DNA of 64,000 nucleotides, taken from positions 1,696,001 to 1,760,000 of the forward strand of contig AP038806.1 in NCBI GenBank assembly GCA_047150005.1. Reading direction: 5' to 3'. The DNA comes from Nitrospira sp. Its GTDB lineage: Bacteria; Nitrospirota; Nitrospiria; Nitrospirales; Nitrospiraceae. Each line of letters starts with the position of its first letter. Position 1 is the first letter of the stretch. Below are positions 9,312-20,425 of the stretch, piece after piece. The notes beneath the pieces were generated by a model. It was given only the letters and a program-made list of their open reading frames with translations, was not told where the DNA came from and did no database searches. A program made the translations under genes and the position numbers.

Positions 9312-9557
9312 GATGACCGCATGAGGGGCGCATGACCGCGTCGCGCTTTGCACGACCGCGTCGGCCTTGGGTGTCCGCGCCTACATCGAGAAAACCGAGG
9401 GGAGCGAGAAAGCCGTTGTCGAAGCGGTACGGGAATGTCTGAGGCAGCCGGAGGGGCCAGGCACCTGACGTGGCGGCTTTTCCGATGCGAGGGCGGCAGA
9501 TGGCCGCACTATCGGCGCGTTGCGCATCCGGTGTTCCCGGAAGGGATGGGCACCCGA

Positions 9558-11702
9558 CTAGGAGGGAGAAGACAGAATCTCGACGGACAGGTCCCCGGCC
9601 ACGCGGCTTACGTGCGTTTCCAGGATGCCGTCCCGATTGCGCTCGAAGCGCAGATCGACCGAACCCTTCCCGACCCGCAGCCGCCTGATCTCCGCGCGCC
9701 GGACGAAGTCCGGAAGACAGGGACGCACGACCTCCAGCCGTTTCTCGAAGGCTTTGGGAGTCAGGCCCAGCGAGGTTTCGACCAGGTAGGGCACAGAGCC
9801 GGCCGCCCAGGCCTGCGGGTGACAGGCCACCGGATAGCGGACCGGCACGCCGTATTCGCTGCGGGAGAATCCGGTGAAGAGTTCGGGAAGCCGGTGATCT
9901 TCGAATTCGATGGCGGCGTCCAACAGTCCGACGAACAGGCGCCGGGCCTCTTCGTCGAATCCATAGCGGCGGAACCCCGCCGCGATCAGCGAATTGTCGT
10001 GCGGCCATACGGTGCCGAGGTGATAGCCCATCGGATTGTATCGGCGTTCCTGAAGCGACAGGGTCCGGATCCCCCACCCGTTGAACATGTCCGGTTGCAT
10101 CAGCCGATTCACGACCCGGCCGGCATTCCGTTCATCCACGATGCCGCTCCAGAGCGCCTGTCCGGCGTTGGAGGAAATCACACGGCAGGCCCGGTGCTCC
10201 GCTTCCAGCGCCAAGGCATAACATCCCTCGTCTTCCATCCAGAACTCCCGGTTGAAACGTGCACGCAAGGCGTCCGCCTCCGCGCGCAGGCGGGCCGCCA
10301 GCCGCGGCTCGCCGTCCCGCTCGAACAATTCGGCGATCGAGGTCTTGGCGAGATAGACATAGCCCTGCACTTCCGCCAGGGCGATCGGCGGATGAGCGAG
10401 CCGTCCCTCGGAAGTCATGACCGCGTCGCCGGAATCCTTCCACCCTTGGTTGAGCAGCCCGTTCTTCGTGTTCCCGGAGTAACTGACATAGCCGTCTCCC
10501 GCTTCGTCGCCGTATCGCTCGATCCAGTCGAGCGCCCGCTCGACGGAGGGCCGGAGTTCCTGGAAGAGCGCAAGGTCTCCGGTCCATTGCGCGTGCCGGC
10601 TGAGCAGGATCAAGAAGAGGGGGGTGGCGTCGATCGTCCCGTAGTACGGCGTGTGGGGGATCTTGTTCATCCTCGCTAATTCCCCGACCCGGAGCTCGTG
10701 CAGGATCTTGCCCGGCTGCTCGTCGCGCCACTCGTTGACTTCGGCTCCTTGATACCGCGCCAGGAGCCGCAGCGTGTCCGCGGGCGTGTCCGGCCAGAAT
10801 GCCAGCGCCTGCAGCGAGGCGATGAGAGAGTCCCGTCCAAACAAGGTGGCGAACCAAGGGATACCCGCGGCGAAGAATTCGTCGCCCCCGAGCGAGGTTT
10901 TCAGCATCTGCAGATCCATCAGCGAGCGGCGCATGACCCGGTTCAGGAGCAGGCTGTCGCTGTCGAATTCCGTTTCCGGTTTCGTCCGCTCGTCGCGGGA
11001 CGCCCGGGTTTCGGGCAGATCGACGGAGGAGCGGACATGCGCGACGGTCCGGTTGGAGGGATTCTCGATTTCGTCGATCGCCAGCACGATCCGGAGCTGC
11101 GTGTTTTCGCTGGGTCGAAATTTGAGACGAAACTCGACAGCGGCGCCCTTGATCACGGTAGGAAGCGGATCGAAGTGGATCGCCAGGCTTCTGAAGATCC
11201 CGTCTCCGCCTGAATAGGAAAACACCAGGCGCTTGTCGAGCCATCGCGGCCGCCACAGTTTCCCTTTGGATTCCCGCACGATGCCGCGGATGGCGAAGAC
11301 GTCTTCGAACCCCGCGCGAAAGCGCATCCGCAGCGCGAACTCGACCGGCTCGAACCCGAAATTCTGAATGTCGAGTCGCTCGTGCAGGACGCAAGACTCG
11401 GCATCGATGATGCGTTCCCACTTGAGGCCGACGGTTTCTCGATCAATGATGCGGCCGTCGGAGGCCCGGAACTCGGGCGTGGTCAGCTGAAAGACCGCCC
11501 GAGCCCCTTCCGACGAGCGGGCCGCCAGCGCCTCCGGATGCTCGTCCTCCACCATCAATTCATACCCGCTCAGGTAGCGGCAATCGTGATAATAGAGTCC
11601 GAAGCCGTGTCCTTTGGTCAGCGGCACGTCGCCTTCCGGCGGCGACAGGAAAAACAGGTTGCCCTGCTTGATAACGACGGCTTTGGCAATGCTGTATGCC
11701 AC
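9558..11702 (-). CDS. Amylo-alpha-1,6-glucosidase (glycogen debranching enzyme family)
   Basis: AAGIPWFATLFGRDSLI, GKILHELR, NQGWKDSGD, YHLGTVWPHDNS, CHPQAWAAG. Confidence 0.92.
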   Translation of the reverse strand: MAYSIAKAVVIKQGNLFFLSPPEGDVPLTKGHGFGLYYHDCRYLSGYELMVEDEHPEALAARSSEGARAVFQLTTPEFRASDGRIIDRETVGLKWERIIDAESCVLHERLDIQNFGFEPVEFALRMRFRAGFEDVFAIRGIVRESKGKLWRPRWLDKRLVFSYSGGDGIFRSLAIHFDPLPTVIKGAAVEFRLKFRPSENTQLRIVLAIDEIENPSNRTVAHVRSSVDLPETRASRDERTKPETEFDSDSLLLNRVMRRSLMDLQMLKTSLGGDEFFAAGIPWFATLFGRDSLIASLQALAFWPDTPADTLRLLARYQGAEVNEWRDEQPGKILHELRVGELARMNKIPHTPYYGTIDATPLFLILLSRHAQWTGDLALFQELRPSVERALDWIERYGDEAGDGYVSYSGNTKNGLLNQGWKDSGDAVMTSEGRLAHPPIALAEVQGYVYLAKTSIAELFERDGEPRLAARLRAEADALRARFNREFWMEDEGCYALALEAEHRACRVISSNAGQALWSGIVDERNAGRVVNRLMQPDMFNGWGIRTLSLQERRYNPMGYHLGTVWPHDNSLIAAGFRRYGFDEEARRLFVGLLDAAIEFEDHRLPELFTGFSRSEYGVPVRYPVACHPQAWAAGSVPYLVETSLGLTPKAFEKRLEVVRPCLPDFVRRAEIRRLRVGKGSVDLRFERNRDGILETHVSRVAGDLSVEILSSPS

Positions 11703-11756
11703 GGTGTTCGTGTCCTCTCTTCGCGTCTTGGGTTGCGTGCGGTGGAACCGGTCTGA

Positions 11757-12240
11757 TCAGACCACTTCCCGGATCTTGTTTTCCACCACGGTTCGAATGA
11801 TCTCCCAACGATCCGGCTGGCCCTTGGTGAGCGCCTTCACGAACTGCCAGGCCTGATCGGTTGTGAGCTTCCCGGGCAGCGGGGGCTCGCTGGGATCGAC
11901 CACCGCTTCGACCAAGGCGGGGCCGGGCTGTTTGAACGCCTCCTCAGAGGACACCGGCGACATGCCTCGGATCGGCCACCTGCCACCCCGGGACGCCGCA
12001 TGCCCGCGCCACCGCCGCGAAGTCGATCGGCTGTAATTGCACACCGTACTGCGGATTGCCTTCAAACGCCAGCTGTTCCCATTTAATCATGCCCGGCTGG
12101 TGATTCTTGATCACGATGACCTTGACGGGCAATCGGTATTTCGCGATCGTCGCCAGTTTGCCCATCAGCATCGTGAAGCCTCCGTCTCCCGCGCAACAGA
12201 CCACCTGCCGGCCCGAAAACGCGATCGCCGGTCGATGAGC
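11757..12240 (-). pseudogene. Pyruvate oxidase/dehydrogenase (PoxB-like), C-terminal TPP-binding remnant
   Basis: GDGGFTMLMG..KN..GMIKWEQ..IDFAAVARACG, then a frame change to GPALVEAVVDP.EPPLPG; N-terminal two thirds absent. Confidence 0.8.
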
Positions 12241-12359
12241 AGGTCTCCCACCGTGTCGGCCATGGACACTCCTTTTCGCACCCTTCTCCTGTCCGTTTTC
12301 GTCGGGCGGGGGCATCTGCATCCGCTACCCGCTCTCGACCGGCGCCTGTCCGGTCCCGG

Positions 12360-14387
12360 TTAGGCGTTCCGCACCATGAGGTGGGCTCTCAGGACCTCTG
12401 CCACACTCCAGGCTTGGGCAATGCATCCACGGGGCCGGTAGGGAGGTTCGGCGTCGAAGATCTCGCTGATGGTCCCGATGCCGGCATCTTCAAGGTGCGT
12501 ATGAAAGGCGGCGAGCAGACCGCGTGCCGCTGCCTTGTCGCCGTCGACGCGCAGTCGCGCGTCGAGATAATGCCCGATGAGCCAGGCCCACACGGTCCCT
12601 TGGTGATAGGCGGCATCCCGTGCGCGCCGGTCTCCCGAATACGCAGGTTTATAATCCGGATCCGCCGGCGAGAGGGAGCGCAAGCCGAAGGGCGTGAGCA
12701 GCCGCTCGGTGACGAGTTCCACGACCGGCCGCCACCGTTCCGGGCGGAGCACCGGGAATCTGAGCGACAGGGAAAAGATTTGATTCGGGCGCAGGCTGGC
12801 ATCGTCGCCCCGCTCGCCGTCGATCACGTCGTACAGATGCCGGCCCGGCTCATACCAGAAGCGGCGGTGAAAGGAGGCTTCTACCTGCCGGGCCAGCCCG
12901 CGCCACGGATCCGGCGGCTCTCCCAACCGGTCGGCCCACCGAGCCATAAGCCGTAAGGCATTGTACCAGAGCGCCTGAATCTCGACCGGCTTTCCGCGGC
13001 GCGGCGTGACGACCCAGTCGTCGACCTTGGCGTCCATCCAGGTCAGTTGATAGCCGGGAGCGCCGGCCCGGAGGAGGCCGTCATCGGGATCGACCATGAT
13101 ATTGAAGTGCGTCCCTTCCCGATGGCGGCGTATCACGTCCTTCAGGACCGGGTACAGCGCCATTAATGTGTCGTGATCATCTGTCGCACACAGATACCGG
13201 TCCAGCGCATGGAAATACCAGAGCGTGGCGTCGGCCGTGTGATACAACCCCTCCCGCGCGCCTTCGGGAAAGAGATTGGGGATCAACCCGTCCTTGATGT
13301 GGCGCGCGAACGTCCGGAGAATGGCCTTTGCTTCCTGATGTCGTCCGGTGCAGAGCGTCAGCCCTTCCAAGCTGATCATCGTATCGCGTCCCCAGTCCCC
13401 GAACCAATGATATCCGGCGATGACTGTCCGAGCCTCGTCCCCCGACGCGTGGGCCGGAACCTGCTCCTGAGGTCTCGCGCCGCGCATGACGATGAATTGG
13501 TCCGCAGCCAATCGGAGCTGTCGAGCATAGTCGTCAGCAGACAGTTCCGGCGAGACGAGCAGCAGCTGTTCCTGCCGACCGCGTTCCGCTTCGAAGATCT
13601 GAGACACGTCGGCTTCCAACCGGTCCCAGGGCTCCACACTGAACAGGATGGCGATCGACTCTCCCGCCCGAAGATCAGCGGAGAAATAGCCGGGGCTGAA
13701 GAGGTCTTCAACATGGTCGGATCCGCGATCCCGGTCGACCCGGTAGCAGACGTTGGCGCTGACGAGGGTGTCGGCCACGAACAGACCGCGCTGAGACCGC
13801 AGGCCCAGCTTCAAGGCCGGCAAGCAGTCCGGCAGCGCGATCTCGTACCGTTCGTCCACGATCGTCAACGGACAGGAAGGCGCACGTCGATCGGGCAGCG
13901 GTGCATCGTGCAACCGGCATGTGATGAAGGGACGGAGCTGCAGACGGACCGGCGGCCCCTTGCGCAACCGGTAATGGACGTACACGGTGTTTTGTCCGTG
14001 GGGCGCGACGACCCGTTTCTCGAGTATCGACCCTCCCACGTTGAACGTCCATACCGGGGTCTGGCGGTCACGGTGAAAGTCCTCAAGACAACGGAGCCCG
14101 TCGCCGTCGATGGCACCGTCGGCGTATTCCGCGCCGGCCAGCAGTAACCGCTCGCCGTCTTGCTCGACTGTGTCATCCAGGCGCGGAACGATCACGAGGC
14201 GACCGCGCCCCGGGATATCCGGGACGAAGAGTCCATGGTAGCGGCGGGTGGCAATGCCGAGCAGCGAGCTGGAGGCATAACCGCCGACGCCGTTCGTCAC
14301 CAGCCATTCTTTGGCGAGCCAGGACGACACGCCGTCGTGCGACGGCGTGGAACGAATCGGTTCGGGGGTCGTCATGGTCATGGGCAT
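12360..14387 (-). CDS. Glycogen debranching enzyme (GDE_N + GDE_C type)
   Basis: EWLVTNGVGGYAS, IAGYHWFGDWGRDTMISLEG, TWMDAK..TPRRGKPVEIQALWYN, YHQGTVW, GCIAQAWS; start uncertain (14387-14405). Confidence 0.92.
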   Translation of the reverse strand: MPMTMTTPEPIRSTPSHDGVSSWLAKEWLVTNGVGGYASSSLLGIATRRYHGLFVPDIPGRGRLVIVPRLDDTVEQDGERLLLAGAEYADGAIDGDGLRCLEDFHRDRQTPVWTFNVGGSILEKRVVAPHGQNTVYVHYRLRKGPPVRLQLRPFITCRLHDAPLPDRRAPSCPLTIVDERYEIALPDCLPALKLGLRSQRGLFVADTLVSANVCYRVDRDRGSDHVEDLFSPGYFSADLRAGESIAILFSVEPWDRLEADVSQIFEAERGRQEQLLLVSPELSADDYARQLRLAADQFIVMRGARPQEQVPAHASGDEARTVIAGYHWFGDWGRDTMISLEGLTLCTGRHQEAKAILRTFARHIKDGLIPNLFPEGAREGLYHTADATLWYFHALDRYLCATDDHDTLMALYPVLKDVIRRHREGTHFNIMVDPDDGLLRAGAPGYQLTWMDAKVDDWVVTPRRGKPVEIQALWYNALRLMARWADRLGEPPDPWRGLARQVEASFHRRFWYEPGRHLYDVIDGERGDDASLRPNQIFSLSLRFPVLRPERWRPVVELVTERLLTPFGLRSLSPADPDYKPAYSGDRRARDAAYHQGTVWAWLIGHYLDARLRVDGDKAAARGLLAAFHTHLEDAGIGTISEIFDAEPPYRPRGCIAQAWSVAEVLRAHLMVRNA

Positions 14388-14417
14388 GCGCAACGTTTCT
14401 CTCAAGGATGATCAGGA

Positions 14418-16340
14418 TTACGGCGTCTCCGACTTCGCGGCGACGAACAGCGTGGCGGTCGCGCCTGGCACCACCCATCCTCGTTCCGACAACGGATTGA
14501 CGATGCCGGGCCCCCCGTAGAGAGGATGGTCGCTCGACCAGTGCAGGATCCACGATCCTCCCGCAACCGGAGCCAACAGCGGTTCGGGTGCCGGGATCAA
14601 TGGTAGATCCGGTCCGAGGTTGACCACCAGGAGGCGGTCCTCCTCCGAGTCCGTGAAATGGCGCAGCACCAACGCCTGCGGACCGAGTACCGCGCCGTCG
14701 ATCAACCGGCGATTCTGGCGGCCAAGCACCCCATCCTCTCTGCGTAGGCGCAGCAGATCCTGATGGAGGCGATACTGCGCGGCATGGCGCACCCGTTCGG
14801 ACAGATCCAGACGCGAGCGTTCAAACGTGGCGAGATCTCCCGGGTCCGGCATCGCCTCCTGAGCCTCGGCGGTGGCGTACGGAGGAAACTCCGACAAAAA
14901 CCGCTTGCGCCCTTCGCGGACTTTCTGCGCGAGTTCCGGCACGTGGTCGGCGAAAAAGAGGAACGGGGCGGATGCGGCGAATTCCTGGCCCATGAACAGC
15001 AAGGGCGTTTCCGGGGCGAGCAGGAACAGCGTAACCAGGGCCCGGTACCGAGCCGGTGACGCGAACGCATGGATACGGTCGCCTCGCAGATGATTGGCGA
15101 CCTGATCGTGATTCTGCAGATAGAAGATGAAGCTCTGGGCGGGCTCGTCTTTGACCACCGTGCCTCTGGTAGTCGCCTGCCAGGCATACCGTTGCCCCTG
15201 GTAGAGGAATCCCCGCTTGATCGCAGACAGCAGTTCCTGTGCGCTGCCTCGGTAGTCCGTATAGTAGGCCTCGCTCCGGCCCGACAGGGCCACACGGCAA
15301 GCATGGTGGAAATCCTCGCTCCAGATACCGTCCAGTCCCCATCCGCCCCGCTCGACCGGATGAAGCGCCTCGATCCGTTGCGCCTCGCACTCCGCGATCA
15401 AGATGATCGAGCGTTCCGCCGCCGCCGTCCTGGCGCCCTCCGACAGCTCGGCCAAGATATGGCGGGGTCCGTCGTCGTAGATGGCGTGGACCGCGTCCAA
15501 ACGCAGGCCGTCCAAATGAAACTCGTCGATCCAGTAACAGGCGTTCTGCAGGACGAAATCCCTCGTGCCGTGCGCGTTCGGTCCGTCGAAGTTGACCGCC
15601 TGTCCCCAATCGTTGGGGTGCCGGTCCGTCACATAGTCGTCGCTGTAGGCGGGCAGGTAATTGCCGTCGGGGCCGAAGTGGTTGTAGACCACATCGAGGA
15701 TGACACCGAGTCCCCGCTCATGCGCGGCGTCCACGAAGCGCTTCAACGCCTCATGGTCGCCGTAGCGCCGGCAAGGAGCGAAGAGCGAGGCACCGTCGTA
15801 TCCCCAATTGAAGCGGCCGGGGAACTCGGCCAGGGGCATGAGCTCAATCAGCGTGATGCCGCAACGCTTGAGTTCGTCCAGTTGGTCGGCAGCCGCATCG
15901 AGCGTGCCCTCCGGCGTGAACGTGCCGACATGAAGCTCATACAGTACTTGCCCCCGCAGCGTCATCCCGCGCCAGCCGGATGTACGCCAGACATAGGCGC
16001 GCGGATCGACGATCAACGATGGGCCGTGCGGTCCTTCGGGTTGGAAACGGGAGCAGGGATCGGGGAAGCTGTCCGCTCCGTCCAGGCGGTAGCGGTACAA
16101 CATGCCGGCCATGGCGGCCGGCTCCGATCCGGAAAAATATCCGAGAGGATCTTTCGTCAACGGCACGCTCCGCCCCGTCCCTTCGAAGACCACGTCTACC
16201 CGTTCCCGCTTCGGGGCCCAGACGCGGAAGCCGACTCCATCCTCCCGCATTTGCGCCCCGAGCGTCATGGTCCATTTCCGAATCGACCGGCGTACAGAGG
16301 GGGCGAGCTCGTGAGACGAAAAGGGTCGGGCCGTAGTCAT
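14418..16340 (-). CDS. treZ: Malto-oligosyltrehalose trehalohydrolase
   Basis: FRVWAP, DPCSRFQPEGPHGPS, YELHVGTFTPEGT, NWGYDG, DVVYNHFGPDGNY, LRLDAVH, QNHDQVAN. Confidence 0.92.
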   Translation of the reverse strand: MTTARPFSSHELAPSVRRSIRKWTMTLGAQMREDGVGFRVWAPKRERVDVVFEGTGRSVPLTKDPLGYFSGSEPAAMAGMLYRYRLDGADSFPDPCSRFQPEGPHGPSLIVDPRAYVWRTSGWRGMTLRGQVLYELHVGTFTPEGTLDAAADQLDELKRCGITLIELMPLAEFPGRFNWGYDGASLFAPCRRYGDHEALKRFVDAAHERGLGVILDVVYNHFGPDGNYLPAYSDDYVTDRHPNDWGQAVNFDGPNAHGTRDFVLQNACYWIDEFHLDGLRLDAVHAIYDDGPRHILAELSEGARTAAAERSIILIAECEAQRIEALHPVERGGWGLDGIWSEDFHHACRVALSGRSEAYYTDYRGSAQELLSAIKRGFLYQGQRYAWQATTRGTVVKDEPAQSFIFYLQNHDQVANHLRGDRIHAFASPARYRALVTLFLLAPETPLLFMGQEFAASAPFLFFADHVPELAQKVREGRKRFLSEFPPYATAEAQEAMPDPGDLATFERSRLDLSERVRHAAQYRLHQDLLRLRREDGVLGRQNRRLIDGAVLGPQALVLRHFTDSEEDRLLVVNLGPDLPLIPAPEPLLAPVAGGSWILHWSSDHPLYGGPGIVNPLSERGWVVPGATATLFVAAKSETP

Positions 16341-16417
16341 TGATGATCTCTCACATAGCCTCGCAATCGACGTGCGTCACGTGCTTCATGATGTAGCATT
16401 TACAGCCGACACTCAAG

Positions 16418-16433
16418 ACTGGGGAAGACCCTA
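16418..16433 (-). promoter_or_regulatory. Palindromic activator-like box upstream of treZ operon
   Basis: Minus strand TAGGGTCTTCCCCAGT, then 22 nt ending TGC, then TACATC. Confidence 0.55.
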
Positions 16434-16653
16434 GCAACCATGAAAGCCGCGACTTGCCGCGCGGATACGAGTGCAACCAGCAATCCGCTCGCCTCCCTTC
16501 GGGATCATGTCGTTGGGGGCCGGGGGCTTTCCCAGGCGCATGGGAGCGATTGTCCCCATCGGTATGAACAGTATGCGCAGCATGTGTACGAGTAGGTGCG
16601 ACACGACAGTTCGAATGTGAAACGGACCGACACAACGGGAGGAGACCATCATC

Positions 16654-17046
16654 ATGGAGAGGCGAATATGTCGAGCCTGGGGATGCTGGGCGCCGCCCAA
16701 AGAACTCTCCTCGAGTACCACGCCGGATTCCGCCGCCGGTATCGATCGGGCCAGGGCTAAGCGGAATCTCGAAGTCTTCACTCGTGATACCCACGACAAT
16801 CTGCGGACAGACATGTCCAGGGGACGGGGCAAGTATCTGACCTCGCTCGCATCCATCGCCGGCGTGCCGGCGGAGCGGCAGAGCCGATTCGATCTGCACA
16901 TGCGGGACTCCTACGCCACGTTGTTCGACGATGCCGTTGCATCCAATGAATCCACTGAATCCACGGCTCGCATCGTGGAAGCGGTCTGGATTGCGGGGGT
17001 ATGGGCGGCGTTAGGGGTCAGGACCGTCCCGAGAGGGCTTTTGTGA
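16654..17046 (+). CDS. DUF3015-like protein, probably N-terminally degenerate
   Basis: SSTTP..NLRTDMSRGRGKYLTSLASIAGVP resembles the Nitrospira DUF3015 core; no clear signal peptide. Confidence 0.5.
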   Translation: MERRICRAWGCWAPPKELSSSTTPDSAAGIDRARAKRNLEVFTRDTHDNLRTDMSRGRGKYLTSLASIAGVPAERQSRFDLHMRDSYATLFDDAVASNESTESTARIVEAVWIAGVWAALGVRTVPRGLL

Positions 17047-17308
17047 TCTTCACCCGGTTCTTCTCGAAAATGCCTGCCAGGATCACCATGTAGGACAGCA
17101 GGCGGAACACATAGACCAGGGGCTCGGCTTCCGAGTTGGCCGTGGTGGCGATCAGGAGCATGCGGCAGACCATCTGGATCGCGAACGATGCGGCAAAGTA
17201 TAGGAAGAATCGGTCCTGCGCGACCAGCCAGTATCGGAAAAAAAACAAACCCGCTACGCAATCCCCCATGGCCAGGGCGCCGAGCAGGAATACGCCGAAG
17301 TCGTGCAT
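17018..17308 (-). CDS. Small 3-TM membrane protein (DUF5985-like)
   Basis: GLFFFRYW..DRFFLYFA.SF..YVFRLLSY..I..KNR pattern; three hydrophobic segments. Confidence 0.7.
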   Translation of the reverse strand: MHDFGVFLLGALAMGDCVAGLFFFRYWLVAQDRFFLYFAASFAIQMVCRMLLIATTANSEAEPLVYVFRLLSYMVILAGIFEKNRVKITKALSGRS

Positions 17309-17314
17309 GCTCGT

Positions 17315-17578
17315 CTATTCCTCCTCGAAGATCAGCCCGCGAAACAGGATGCCGAAGGCCAGGAGCGAGATCAGATAGCGGGGCACACTGAGGTCGATCG
17401 TCACGGGAAACACGAGCTTGTCGACCATCAAGAGTACGTTGTTCACTGACGAGACGACGAAGAACAAACCAATCCACAGCAGGAGCTTGTAGGTCGTTCG
17501 GGTGTAGGCTTGGAGCAGCAGCCAAGCGCAGAGAGAGGACGTCACGGCGCAGAGTCCGTAGATTAGCATCCTCATCAT
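17315..17578 (-). CDS. Small 3-TM membrane protein (DUF5985-like)
   Basis: IYGLCAVTS.LCAWLLLQAY..LLLWIGLFF...NNVLL.VD; ATGA overlap with the upstream gene. Confidence 0.7.
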   Translation of the reverse strand: MMRMLIYGLCAVTSSLCAWLLLQAYTRTTYKLLLWIGLFFVVSSVNNVLLMVDKLVFPVTIDLSVPRYLISLLAFGILFRGLIFEEE

Positions 17579-17970
17579 GGGTCCTGTTCCTCCAGGAGAT
17601 CGAACGCGCGTGAAAATTCCTGGAGCCGACTTTTCGATTTGGCATGGACGAGATTTGACACTGGTACGAGATGCTTCGTGTAGTAGTAGGCAAGCCGATC
17701 CACCATTTCGCGCAGGTCCCCCGACTGTGGCCGATAGCGCCAGCGACGGCCCGGTGCTCCGTCTTGGGAGATCAGCAGCTTCGCGGTCTCCAGCCTGGCC
17801 AGAACCGGGTGCCCTTGTTCCACCCCGAGGTACAGGCGTTGGGCGACGGCGGCGTCTTGCCACCAGGTGTCCGGCGTATTGCGGAGCAGCAGCAGCGCTT
17901 CCAACTCCGCGATCGAATCGATATGGTCCAGGATGAACTGCCTGATCTCCGGTGGAACGATTGAATCCAT
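17575..17970 (-). CDS. Conserved hypothetical protein, winged-helix-like
   Basis: FILDHIDSIAELEALLLLR..W....VAQRLYL....VLARL...LL suggests a wHTH; lies 4 bp downstream of the kinase gene. Confidence 0.65.
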   Translation of the reverse strand: MDSIVPPEIRQFILDHIDSIAELEALLLLRNTPDTWWQDAAVAQRLYLGVEQGHPVLARLETAKLLISQDGAPGRRWRYRPQSGDLREMVDRLAYYYTKHLVPVSNLVHAKSKSRLQEFSRAFDLLEEQDP

Positions 17971-17974
17971 GGGA

Positions 17975-20425
17975 TCAGACCGTGCGATAGGGAACCGTCT
18001 GGGAGGAGGAGGACGACGAGGTCTCGTCGGCAGGCGGCGGGTCACCCGAGATGGTCGGTCGCTCCGCAAGGCTCGCGGCGAGAATGGTTTGCTTCAATTG
18101 GTCGGAGACCGACCCCTTCGTGAGATACGCGAACGCGCCCGCGTTCTTCAGCGCTTCCCGATGATGGGCGCTCGTGTGCATCGAAAGACCGATAACGACA
18201 ATGGAGGGTAACCGCATTTTGAGGCGTCTCGTGGCCTCGACGCCGTCCATTTTCGGCATGTTGATGTCCATGATGACGACTTCCGGTCGCAACGCTTCGG
18301 CGATCGCGAGGGCTTCTTCGCCGTCGGCGGCTTCACCGACGACCGTGACATCGGTGCCGTCTTCGAGGAGACCTCTCAACCCCTGTCGCATCAGGGCATG
18401 ATCGTCCACCAGCAGCACGCGGATCGGCGGTCTGGCTGGTTTCGGCGGTGGCAACGGGCCTGTCGCCGGGAGATCTGTCTTGGCGTGTCGGTGCGTTACG
18501 GTTTCCATCGCCGTATCCGGATCCTCGGTCCGCGCGGCCATTGGTGCGCCGTCCCGCTCGTCCGACTCGACGTGCTTTGTCAACGGCAGCGTCATCGCGG
18601 CGACCGTTCCCTTGTCCGGCGTCGAGCCGATCGTGAACCAGCCTCCCAATGCCTTCATCCGCTCCTGGATGCTGAAGAGGCCGAATCGGGTCGTGGCAGA
18701 CCCTTCGTCCGCAGCGTCTCCGTACGACGGATCGAGACCCTTGCCTTCATCCCGCACCTCGATGCGCAGGATCCCGTCGGTCTCGGTCAGGCGCACGGCG
18801 GCGTGATCGACGCGCGCGTGCTTTGACACGTTGATCAGCAACCCGCGGACCGACTGAAAGAGAAGAATGGCTTCATCTTCCGCGAGCGGCACCGGCTCGG
18901 TTGCGGCGATGTCCAGGTCTACGGTCAACTGATGCCTCTGCATCTGCTCACCAAGCCACCTCAGGGCGGACGACAAGCCGAATTCATGCAGCACCATGGG
19001 GGTCAGCTGGGCGACCAACGATCGCGTATAACTGAGCGCCTGCTGGAGCACTTCTGCCGCTTGGTCCAGCCATTCCTCCGTTTCCAGGCTGTTCTGCTTG
19101 GGGCGCGCCTGGGATACCTTGAGGTGCGCGCAGACCAGCAGCTGAGCCAGGTAGTCGTGCAGTTCCGTCGCTATTCGGCGACGTTCCCGCTGTTCTGTGA
19201 CGGTCAATTCAGCCGCCAGTGCGCGCAGCAGACCCTGCGAAGTGATCAGTTCGCTGGTTCGCTCCACGACGCGCTGCTCCAGCTCCTCGGCCAAGCGGCA
19301 GATTCTCTCGTGATCCGCATGACGATCGCTCACATCGCGGTTCGTCTCCAGCACGAGTACGTCCTCCGGGTCGTCGGGGATGGGGACCATACGTGTCTCG
19401 ACGAGCACGGTTTTCCCCGTCTTCGTCCGCTGCCGGATTTCCCCGTACCAACGCCCTGCTTCGAGCAATCGGCGATCGAAGTCCGGCGCAGAACAGGGCA
19501 GTGCGGACTCGAGCAAGCGGTGCACGGATCGTCCCGTCGCTTCTGCAACGGTCCAGCCGTAGAGCTCGGTCGCCCCGCGATTCCAATACAGGATGCCGCC
19601 GCCCATTCGCCAGACGATGACGGCCTCGTGCGTCTGCTCGAGGAGGTCGGCCCGCCAACGAAGTTCCGCTTCCGCGCGTGTACGTTCCGACACGTCCCGC
19701 AGGATTCCCATATAGCAGGCCTCGCCGGAGACGGATGATCGGCTGAAGGCGACCTCTAGCGGGAATTCCGCACCCTGCCGCCGCCGTCCTGTCACATCCC
19801 GTCTCAGGCCGTCTCCCGGCGCCCGGTGGACTTCCGGACGGCCGAGCGGCGGCTCGCGCTCTTCGAACCAGGCCGGGATGAGCATCGTCACCTTGCGGCC
19901 CAGCAGATCCTCGCGGCGGTAGCCGAACATCCGTTCGGTGGCGGCATTGCAGGAAAGGATGACGCCGCCGGCATCGACCGTGAGAATACTGTCCGTCGCT
20001 GTTTCGACCAGGGTTCGATACCGCTCTTCGCTTTCACGCAGAGACTTCTCCGCTTCGTGCTTGTACAGCACGATCTCGATCTGGGTCGTGATGTCGCGCT
20101 CGTCAAAGGGTTTGAGAATGTAGCCGAACGGCTCCGTCATGCTGGCTCGTTGCAACGTGCTGGCATCGGAATGAGCCGTCAGATAGATGATGGGAATGCT
20201 GCAGGCCTCCCGGATCCGCTCCGCCGCCTCGATGCCGTCCATCGGGCCGGCCAGCCGGATATCCATCAACACAAGGTCCGGTAGTTGCGCGGCGGCGGTC
20301 TCCAGGGCCTCTTCGCCGTCCGCGGCGATGCCGACGACACGATAGCCGGCCCGTTCGAGCTTGCCGGCCAGATCCGCCGCCACCACCGCTTCGTCTTCAA
20401 CGATGAGAATGTTGCCCTTCGGCAT
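17975..20425 (-). CDS. Hybrid sensor kinase REC-PAS-PAS-HisKA_3-HATPase-REC
   Basis: ILIVEDE..LMDIRL; two [31 protein letters not shown]-terminal LLVDDH..IMDINMP. Confidence 0.9.
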   Translation of the reverse strand: MPKGNILIVEDEAVVAADLAGKLERAGYRVVGIAADGEEALETAAAQLPDLVLMDIRLAGPMDGIEAAERIREACSIPIIYLTAHSDASTLQRASMTEPFGYILKPFDERDITTQIEIVLYKHEAEKSLRESEERYRTLVETATDSILTVDAGGVILSCNAATERMFGYRREDLLGRKVTMLIPAWFEEREPPLGRPEVHRAPGDGLRRDVTGRRRQGAEFPLEVAFSRSSVSGEACYMGILRDVSERTRAEAELRWRADLLEQTHEAVIVWRMGGGILYWNRGATELYGWTVAEATGRSVHRLLESALPCSAPDFDRRLLEAGRWYGEIRQRTKTGKTVLVETRMVPIPDDPEDVLVLETNRDVSDRHADHERICRLAEELEQRVVERTSELITSQGLLRALAAELTVTEQRERRRIATELHDYLAQLLVCAHLKVSQARPKQNSLETEEWLDQAAEVLQQALSYTRSLVAQLTPMVLHEFGLSSALRWLGEQMQRHQLTVDLDIAATEPVPLAEDEAILLFQSVRGLLINVSKHARVDHAAVRLTETDGILRIEVRDEGKGLDPSYGDAADEGSATTRFGLFSIQERMKALGGWFTIGSTPDKGTVAAMTLPLTKHVESDERDGAPMAARTEDPDTAMETVTHRHAKTDLPATGPLPPPKPARPPIRVLLVDDHALMRQGLRGLLEDGTDVTVVGEAADGEEALAIAEALRPEVVIMDINMPKMDGVEATRRLKMRLPSIVVIGLSMHTSAHHREALKNAGAFAYLTKGSVSDQLKQTILAASLAERPTISGDPPPADETSSSSSSQTVPYRTV

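Noticed and set aside
9325..9468. Short frame resembling a receiver-domain C-terminus (ASALGVRAYIEK..VVEAVRECL)
   Set aside because: Too short and divergent to call without a profile search.
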